Shown: one piece after another, positions 14,629 to 20,000 of the stretch | How the letters are laid out: each line of letters opens with the position of its first letter | Position numbering within the stretch: the stretch's first letter is position 1 | IMG/VR virus record: IMGVR_UViG_3300048127_000199 | Reading direction: 5' to 3' (one strand) | DNA from: an uncultured virus (IMG/VR IMGVR_UViG_3300048127_000199) | Taxonomy: Duplodnaviria > Heunggongvirae > Uroviricota > Caudoviricetes | Length of the DNA stretch: 20,000 bases | Program-made: the position numbers and the translations under genes | The notes under the pieces: generated by a model | The model's database searches: none | What the model saw: the letters and a program-made list of their open reading frames with translations, nothing else | What the model was told of the DNA's origin: nothing

Positions 14629-15336
14629 ATGCCTTGTGATTGTAAAAAATGTCTCGATTGTGGAGAATTAAAATCCTTAGATCAATTCACTAAAGATTCT
14701 TCTAAAAAAGATGGCAAAAATATTTATTGCATTCCTTGTAGAAACAAAAGGACTGCAAAATGGAAGGCTGAAACTAACTACAATGAAGAACGATTAATTA
14801 AAAGCATATCAAAGCAATATCGTAAAAAATACTTACGAATTATTAACGAAAACTTGACGCACTTTTTTTATTTAAAACAATACCTTGATTTATTTTTTTT
14901 TATCTTGCTTTGTGTTTTAAAAAATCATAATGATGTAATTAATAAAAGACGCAGAACTCAAAGAGTCTACAATAAAGAAAAAAGAAGACCAATCGATCCT
15001 GTTTTAAAAGCTCACCATGAGCAGTTAAGAAGGTGTAGGAAAAAATCCGCCATTTTACTATCTTCTGATAATTTAATAATCAAACAAATAATCAATAATA
15101 GAATTGCCCTTGATAGTTATGGAGAAACTAAATGGTCTGTCGATCATTTAATACCGATCTCGAAGGGCGGCTCACATCATCAAGATAATTTACAAATCAT
15201 CAAACTTTCTGAAAACATAGCAAAAAGTAATCATAGTTATGAGCGATACGCCTATATAAAAACTCGTTGGGCTATAAATAAAGAGTCTTTTAAAAATCCG
15301 TTGTCTCCTTATTTTAAAATAACCCTTGACAAATAA
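14629..15336 (+). CDS. HNH endonuclease with N-terminal C4 Zn-finger (putative free-standing homing endonuclease)
   Basis: CLDCGELKSLDQF.KD...KDG...YCIPC; WSVDHLIPISKGGSHHQDNLQII...ENIAKSN. Confidence 0.85.
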   Translation: MPCDCKKCLDCGELKSLDQFTKDSSKKDGKNIYCIPCRNKRTAKWKAETNYNEERLIKSISKQYRKKYLRIINENLTHFFYLKQYLDLFFFILLCVLKNHNDVINKRRRTQRVYNKEKRRPIDPVLKAHHEQLRRCRKKSAILLSSDNLIIKQIINNRIALDSYGETKWSVDHLIPISKGGSHHQDNLQIIKLSENIAKSNHSYERYAYIKTRWAINKESFKNPLSPYFKITLDK

Positions 15337-15353
15337 TAAAAAACCTACATAAT
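15326..15353 (+). promoter_or_regulatory. sigma70-type promoter TTGACA...CATAAT, 36 nt before ATG 15362
   Basis: The -35 overlaps the HNH gene 3' end; 16 nt spacer. Confidence 0.65.
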
Positions 15354-15361
15354 TAAATACT

Positions 15362-15598
15362 ATGAATAGATTTGAATTAGAAGATGCAATGAGTGATGTT
15401 CACCAAGTAGGTGAAGATATAGAAACAATGATATATGCGATTGGAGATTCTCCAATCAAACATACCGAAGACCAATTATTAAATATGCTTATCGGCATAA
15501 AACAACTGCATGAGACTCGTTATCAAAAAATGTGGAATGTCTTTGAGCAGTTAATTAAAAAAGGAATTATATCAAATAAAGAAGGAGACATAGAATAA
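15362..15598 (+). CDS. phage hypothetical protein
   Basis: 78 aa, RFELE...EDQLLNMLIGIKQL...MWNVFE. Confidence 0.75.
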   Translation: MNRFELEDAMSDVHQVGEDIETMIYAIGDSPIKHTEDQLLNMLIGIKQLHETRYQKMWNVFEQLIKKGIISNKEGDIE

Positions 15599-15984
15599 TG
15601 ATCGAAGTAGGAAAACTTTGGAGAGTTGACGAAAAAGTTGCGTTAGAAATAATTGATTTAGCGATAACTCATATTAAAAAAGTTGAGCTTAATCCCGAAG
15701 TCGAAACTGAAGGTGACAATTTTGACTATTGGAATAGTTACAAGCTAGAAGATGGCACTTTTGTAGATTACAATATCCATTGTGGCGAAGACATAGGGAG
15801 AATAAATGCTGAAACAGGTGAGTTTGAGTATTCTGATCCTAGTGAATGGTCATGGGATGTCGCTTGTTATGCAGTTGATCCGCCAAATAAAGATAATCCT
15901 TATCATCAAATTGATACAGATAGGGAACATTATTTATTTAATTATAATAAAGATGGAAATGGAGAAATTGTATATGAACATTGA
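15598..15984 (+). CDS. hypothetical acidic protein
   Basis: 128 aa; TAATG overlap and AAGGAG upstream. Confidence 0.75.
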   Translation: MIEVGKLWRVDEKVALEIIDLAITHIKKVELNPEVETEGDNFDYWNSYKLEDGTFVDYNIHCGEDIGRINAETGEFEYSDPSEWSWDVACYAVDPPNKDNPYHQIDTDREHYLFNYNKDGNGEIVYEH

Positions 15985-16135
15985 GTCTCAAATATTGAAA
16001 GGCATTGAAAATTTTTTAAAAGAAAATGGTTATGAAACATCATTCTCTCCAAACTTGCAATCAAAACAAACTCAAATAGAGCTTGCTAGGGCAATCAAAA
16101 AAGAAATGAATTTTTATTTAAAAGGTAAAAGCTAA
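15974..16135 (+). CDS. hypothetical protein (MNIESQILKG...)
   Basis: 3' part of ORF-track 15806..16135; GGAG upstream of ATG 15974. Confidence 0.6.
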   Translation: MNIESQILKGIENFLKENGYETSFSPNLQSKQTQIELARAIKKEMNFYLKGKS

Positions 16136-16136
16136 T

Positions 16137-16214
16137 ATGTATAATTGGATATTTTTATTTGAATTATTTTTTATAATAGGGTTGACAATATTAATAATTA
16201 TAGCTAGTCTTTAA
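16137..16214 (+). CDS. possible 25 aa single-TM peptide MYNWIFLFELFFIIGLTILIIIASL
   Basis: Starts 1 nt after the previous stop, ends 2 nt before the next ATG, overlaps a promoter. Confidence 0.4.
   Translation: MYNWIFLFELFFIIGLTILIIIASL
16182..16210 (+). promoter_or_regulatory. sigma70-type promoter TTGACA-N17-TAGTCT, ATG 6 nt after the -10
   Basis: Fixed 35 nt offset to ATG 16217. Confidence 0.7.
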
Positions 16215-16216
16215 GT

Positions 16217-16804
16217 ATGAGCGGAGAAGGTTTATCAGTTAGTTTTAGAAGAACATCCTTTACGGATAAGTCTAATGCAGAACTCCTTGAGGAGTTTCAA
16301 AAGATCATCTACAATAGTAGAGTTATGAGGCACATGAAATGGTATGGCAAACTTAATAGTGTTGACATACTAGAGCATGGTGACGACAACCGACCAAAAT
16401 TTCAACAAGAATATGTTGCAATTAAAGACACTTTTCAATTTGAGATTAGTGTTTATGAGTCTTGGTACGAAGATGCTGATCTTTATGAGTCGTATGAAGT
16501 AGAAGATAGTTTTGTGTCTCTTGCTTTTAAGTTCGCCAAAGATAACAACTTGATGTATTTTTCCCAAGGTTTTCCTGCGGAATGGATAGAGACAGAAACT
16601 GCTGATGGAGAAAGATGTTGGAATCATTATAATGTAAAACCCGATGATAAAAACATTGACAAGATATGCAAGATATGGCATGATTATAGTATGAATATGG
16701 TTAAAGCAGGACAATGTGGTCAAACTGACGAAATGAAAAGTCATTATTGGAAATCAGCAAGAGATCAAATAAAAGAATTAATGGAATATGAATATGCAAA
16801 ATAG
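16217..16804 (+). CDS. hypothetical protein
   Basis: 195 aa ORF following a promoter. Confidence 0.75.
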   Translation: MSGEGLSVSFRRTSFTDKSNAELLEEFQKIIYNSRVMRHMKWYGKLNSVDILEHGDDNRPKFQQEYVAIKDTFQFEISVYESWYEDADLYESYEVEDSFVSLAFKFAKDNNLMYFSQGFPAEWIETETADGERCWNHYNVKPDDKNIDKICKIWHDYSMNMVKAGQCGQTDEMKSHYWKSARDQIKELMEYEYAK

Positions 16805-17159
16805 ATCAGATAATTATTTAACAGAGCAATACAATCGAAATCGTCCACCATCAGAACATATCTCAAATGTGGATCAAATATCAAACGCTTACTCGCAAAG
16901 TTGGTTGACAATCAGACGAGAAGATAATACGGACGATTGGTCTGCTCCGATTATGTGGTTAGATGACGAATCGGAATATGATCTTTTTGCATTTAATGAC
17001 CTAAATATAGATTGGGTGGAAGAAATGGATAAAGAGGGTGCTCCAATTATAGATGGCGATCACTTAGGCAGAGATATTTGTATTGAAGTAACCTGCCCAT
17101 CTAAAGGTTGGAATAAAAGAAGGGCAATAGGATACAACATAGATTTTGATTGGAACTAA
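16788..17159 (+). CDS. hypothetical acidic Trp-rich protein
   Basis: 123 aa ORF; start could be 16794. Confidence 0.7.
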   Translation: MNMQNRSDNYLTEQYNRNRPPSEHISNVDQISNAYSQSWLTIRREDNTDDWSAPIMWLDDESEYDLFAFNDLNIDWVEEMDKEGAPIIDGDHLGRDICIEVTCPSKGWNKRRAIGYNIDFDWN

Positions 17160-17302
17160 TGAAGAAAAAATCAAGCGGAAATGGCAAAGGCGATTCGCCT
17201 AGAAATAATGCTTCAAAAAAATTTAGAGACAACTATTCTGAAATAAATTGGAGAAAAGTTCGCAAGGCAAAAAAACTTCTTGACAAAAACAAGAATAAAT
17301 AA
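17159..17302 (+). CDS. small basic phage protein (47 aa, GNGKGDSPRN...FRDNYSEINW)
   Basis: Hand-translated; TAATG overlap; GKGD.PR...NY..I.W pattern recalled from small phage ORFs. Confidence 0.65.
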   Translation: MKKKSSGNGKGDSPRNNASKKFRDNYSEINWRKVRKAKKLLDKNKNK

Positions 17303-17308
17303 TATCAT
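17280..17308 (+). promoter_or_regulatory. sigma70-type promoter TTGACA-N17-TATCAT, ATG 7 nt after the -10
   Basis: 36 nt offset to ATG 17316. Confidence 0.75.
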
Positions 17309-17315
17309 TATATAC

Positions 17316-17492
17316 ATGATAGAAGATAATACAAAAATTAGTAAATACATTCTCATTAATACTTTAGCAAAACCGCCTTATGCTTATTTAGGTCATGCTA
17401 ATCTATCCAAATTTGAAGCCAATACAAAGAATCGTGCATTTAAGATGAATAGAGTTAATAAAAAATATATATTAGAGGAAGATTGGAAATGA
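17316..17492 (+). CDS. hypothetical protein, probable paralogue of 18949..19113
   Basis: Start moved from the TTG of the -35 box to ATG 17316. Confidence 0.7.
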   Translation: MIEDNTKISKYILINTLAKPPYAYLGHANLSKFEANTKNRAFKMNRVNKKYILEEDWK

Positions 17493-17845
17493 AAATACAA
17501 GTAACTAACTACGGGAAAACATATACTATTGAATCTGATGAAGACCATGATGTTGAGAGTGTTGCAGATATGTTCAAGAGCTTGCTTGTAAGTATGGGAT
17601 ACCATCCATGCAATGTAGACGCATTATTTAATACAGAGTATAAATGGTTTACTGAAGAAGAATTAGAGCAGAATCTGCAAGGTCATCAAAGTGGCTCAAA
17701 TGCGATAGTGAACAAATGGCACAACGAATGTTTGCATGAATCTAAAGAGTCTTTTTCAGAAAGAAAAAAGAGGGTAGAGGAATGGCAAAATAATCTTTAT
17801 CGTCCCGAAGATGATGATTTCGATGAATACGATATGTTTAAATAG
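17489..17845 (+). CDS. hypothetical protein
   Basis: ATGA overlap; MKIQVTNYGKTYTIES...MFKSLLVSMGYHP. Confidence 0.75.
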   Translation: MKIQVTNYGKTYTIESDEDHDVESVADMFKSLLVSMGYHPCNVDALFNTEYKWFTEEELEQNLQGHQSGSNAIVNKWHNECLHESKESFSERKKRVEEWQNNLYRPEDDDFDEYDMFK

Positions 17846-17847
17846 AT

Positions 17848-18138
17848 ATGACAGAATACGAGATAGAATTAAAAGAAACTCCCGAAGGTGAATTATTTTT
17901 TCGTATACCCGATGATGCTCTTGGTCGATTAGGTTGGGAAGAAGGTGATGAGTTAAAGTTTGAAGAAAGGGATGGTGCAGTTCTGATTCGCAAAATTAAA
18001 TACGAAAGCGTTGAGCTAGAATTTGACGATGAAGAACTTCTTAAATATATGAAGTTTGCACATGAATCGGGAATTACATTTAATCAACTTTGCGAAGACG
18101 CAATTAGATCAAAATTAGATGAAATTAATTCTGAGTAA
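17848..18138 (+). CDS. AbrB/MazE/SpoVT-like DNA-binding protein with possible C-terminal ribbon-helix-helix
   Basis: FFRIPDDALGRLGWEEGDELKF...VLIRK; C-terminal AHESGITFNQLCEDAIR. Confidence 0.7.
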   Translation: MTEYEIELKETPEGELFFRIPDDALGRLGWEEGDELKFEERDGAVLIRKIKYESVELEFDDEELLKYMKFAHESGITFNQLCEDAIRSKLDEINSE

Positions 18139-18346
18139 ATTTTTATATTATTGTGGAGATTTGGTTAGTCGGCTTTTGTATTTTAATTGCCTTAGTTGGT
18201 TGTATCCATTTTATAACAAAATAATGTTGCTAAGTTCTAAGCTAGATAAAGAAGGCGAGGTATGGAAATATCATGCCCCAAAATTATCTGATGAACAATT
18301 AAAAGAATTAACTAAAGAAGTTAAAAAAAGAAAACTACATGAATAA
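18119..18346 (+). CDS. hypothetical protein
   Basis: 75 aa overlapping both neighbours. Confidence 0.65.
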   Translation: MKLILSKFLYYCGDLVSRLLYFNCLSWLYPFYNKIMLLSSKLDKEGEVWKYHAPKLSDEQLKELTKEVKKRKLHE

Positions 18347-18968
18347 TGAAGTGGAATTATTAGGTCACTATGGTAGTGATGAAATTATTGCCTGTTCAGC
18401 GTGGACAAGCACAAGCAGGAATTTAACTGAAGAAAAAAAACAACGCATTCCCAAGCTTATTAATATGCTTTGGAGTAATGGTCACGAAACTCCCTTTGAA
18501 AAAGGTGTTGTTCATTTTTTAGTCGATACAGAAATTGCTAGTCATATACATTTACTGAAGCATAGAATTGCTTCGATTAATGCAGAGTCAGCAAGGTACA
18601 AAGAATTAAAAGAAGATAAAATATTCATCCCCAATGATTTCCCAAATAAATGGAAGCAAAAATTAATTGATTATAGTGATGAAGGTAATAACTTATATCA
18701 TTCATGCCTAGAAGAACTTGAGCCAATCTTAGGCAGGAAAAGAGCGAAAGAGTCTGCTAGATTCTTCAAGACTTACAATTCTCGGATACAAGCAGATGTG
18801 ATGCTCAATATGCGTAGCTTTGCAAATTTTTTAAATCTTAGAAATAGTGAACACGCACAAAAAGAAATTAGAGAAATAGCCTTAACGATGTTAGAGTTAG
18901 TAACTAATATTGAAGGACAACCATTCAAATATACATTAGAAGCATTCAATGAATCAAGAAAAAAGTGA
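18339..18968 (+). CDS. thyX: FAD-dependent thymidylate synthase
   Basis: GHETPFE, HLLKHRIASINAESARY (RHR..S....S.R motif with K for R), ESARFF, NMRSFANFLNLR...HAQKEIREIA. Confidence 0.92.
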   Translation: MNNEVELLGHYGSDEIIACSAWTSTSRNLTEEKKQRIPKLINMLWSNGHETPFEKGVVHFLVDTEIASHIHLLKHRIASINAESARYKELKEDKIFIPNDFPNKWKQKLIDYSDEGNNLYHSCLEELEPILGRKRAKESARFFKTYNSRIQADVMLNMRSFANFLNLRNSEHAQKEIREIALTMLELVTNIEGQPFKYTLEAFNESRKK

Positions 18969-19113
18969 ATACATTATTATTGATTGGAATCGCCCACATG
19001 GTCACGAAAGAATCCCAACAAATAAAACAATTATCTTAACAAAAGATGAGGCTTATGATTTAAATAAGTTGCTTACATTAAATGGCGAAAATAAAAGATA
19101 TGTTAAATTATGA
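18949..19113 (+). CDS. hypothetical protein (54 aa), probable paralogue of 17316..17492
   Basis: Hand-translated MNQEKSEYIIIDWNRPHGHERIPTNKTIILTKDEAYDLNKLLTLNGENKRYVKL; ATGA overlap with the next gene. Confidence 0.65.
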   Translation: MNQEKSEYIIIDWNRPHGHERIPTNKTIILTKDEAYDLNKLLTLNGENKRYVKL

Positions 19114-19763
19114 ATGAATACATTTATATACTTAGAGAGAGCAACAAAAGATCAAAAAATTATTTCAAGATAGGAAAAGGTTGTGATTCTAAAAGAAAAT
19201 ATGATGCAGGAAGGTATAGACATATACAAATAGGTAACCCAAGAAAATTATATTTAATTGAAAAAATATATGATGCAAATGCCGACAAGCTAGAACCCTT
19301 TTTTCATAAAAATCTTATGGAATTTCATTATAGAGGTGAATGGTTTTATCTTAACGAAGAATTATTTTTGAATAAAATAAAAGAAATTAAAAACTCATTT
19401 AAAAATTTAAATTCTACTGAAATCAAAAAAATTAAAAGTCCATTAAAATTTTTATCTAATAACGAGCAAGCTAAATTACTTGGGCAAAAAAGTGCTACGA
19501 AGAGAAGGCAATATGCAATAAATTGGGCTAAAGAAGTAAATCTATTTGGTTTAATACAAGAAGCTATTGACACTTTAGAAAACCCAAATCTTAAAAATGT
19601 CGCCAAATTTCTTAATAATAAAGGAGTAAAAACAAGAAGTGGTCATTGCTTTAGTGGATCAAACTTACATAAACAACTTACTCGCTTCAATGAGGTTAAT
19701 CTAAGGCAACAAATTAATCGCTTAGGTGTTAATTGGAAAGAATTAAAAAATCAACATAAATGA
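19110..19763 (+). CDS. GIY-YIG (T5orf172/MUG113-like) nuclease with C-terminal recombinase-like DNA-binding helix
   Basis: YIYIL...YFKIG...QIGNPRKL...LE..FH..L..FHYRGEWF; C-terminal VAKFLNNKGVKTRSG..F. Confidence 0.75.
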   Translation: MNEYIYILRESNKRSKNYFKIGKGCDSKRKYDAGRYRHIQIGNPRKLYLIEKIYDANADKLEPFFHKNLMEFHYRGEWFYLNEELFLNKIKEIKNSFKNLNSTEIKKIKSPLKFLSNNEQAKLLGQKSATKRRQYAINWAKEVNLFGLIQEAIDTLENPNLKNVAKFLNNKGVKTRSGHCFSGSNLHKQLTRFNEVNLRQQINRLGVNWKELKNQHK

Positions 19764-20000
19764 AAACAATACATAATACTAAAAACTGCAATTACAGAAG
19801 GTTCTTGCACAAAAAACTAAAGAATGGAAAAATTAGTGGTCGCTTTTATAAGTTTCTTTGCAGAAGTCATCCGTATCGCATTACAACTCGTAACATCGAG
19901 TTAATTGTAAGAGAGATTCTTGATGGTAAGATGACAGAAGATAAAGGTATTCGCCTACTAAAACAAGATACTAGCGAGCTAAAGATGCAGAAAGAGATGT
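19760..20000 (+). CDS. hypothetical basic protein (5' part, runs off the window)
   Basis: ATGA overlap; open frame MKTIHNTKNCNYRRFLHKKLKNGKISGRFYKFLC... to the window end. Confidence 0.7.
   Translation, partial: MKTIHNTKNCNYRRFLHKKLKNGKISGRFYKFLCRSHPYRITTRNIELIVREILDGKMTEDKGIRLLKQDTSELKMQKEM

Noticed and set aside
64..19606. Minus-strand ORF-track entries 64..387, 520..723, 2149..2385, 4224..4421, 7320..7565, 8688..8921, 8824..9009, 11012..11572, 16370..16744, 17393..17605, 19346..19606 and plus-strand 14282..14554
   Set aside because: Shadow ORFs lying on well-supported genes, with no motifs or upstream signals
1..20000. Alternative genetic code (stop codon reassignment, as in some large phages)
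   Set aside because: Recognisable enzymes are full length in the standard code, and TAA, TGA and TAG all end genes at tight junctions
1..20000. CRISPR array, tRNA/rRNA genes, introns, IS elements, strong intrinsic terminators
   Set aside because: No spaced repeats, cloverleafs, transposase motifs or GC hairpin plus U-tract seen by eye; intergenic gaps are too short

Overview
AT-rich, gene-dense, mostly + strand window that reads as part of a large dsDNA bacteriophage genome in the standard code. It holds many short overlapping hypothetical ORFs plus a dNMP kinase, ThyX, a RuvB-like ATPase, the UV-damage endonuclease UvsE, HNH and GIY-YIG-type nucleases and the 3' end of a GDP-L-fucose synthase-like gene. 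A DUF1549/DUF1553 (CxxCH) plus DUF1501 (Tat) gene pair points to a PVC-superphylum host, probably Verrucomicrobia. Main observations: (1) this PVC envelope module, with a divergent secreted Trp/Tyr-rich gene between the pair; (2) a cluster of two different SAM-decarboxylase-fold proenzymes flanking an Ate1/Bpt-like aminoacyl-tRNA-protein transferase and a CPFA-motif protein; (3) two promoter classes read from the sequence: ten sigma70-like TTGAC(A/T) sites exactly 35-36 nt before an ATG (leaderless mRNAs) and a GTGTA(A/T) motif usually 9 nt before the start codon (candidate phage-specific promoter). All family assignments come from motif recognition by eye; no database search was run.
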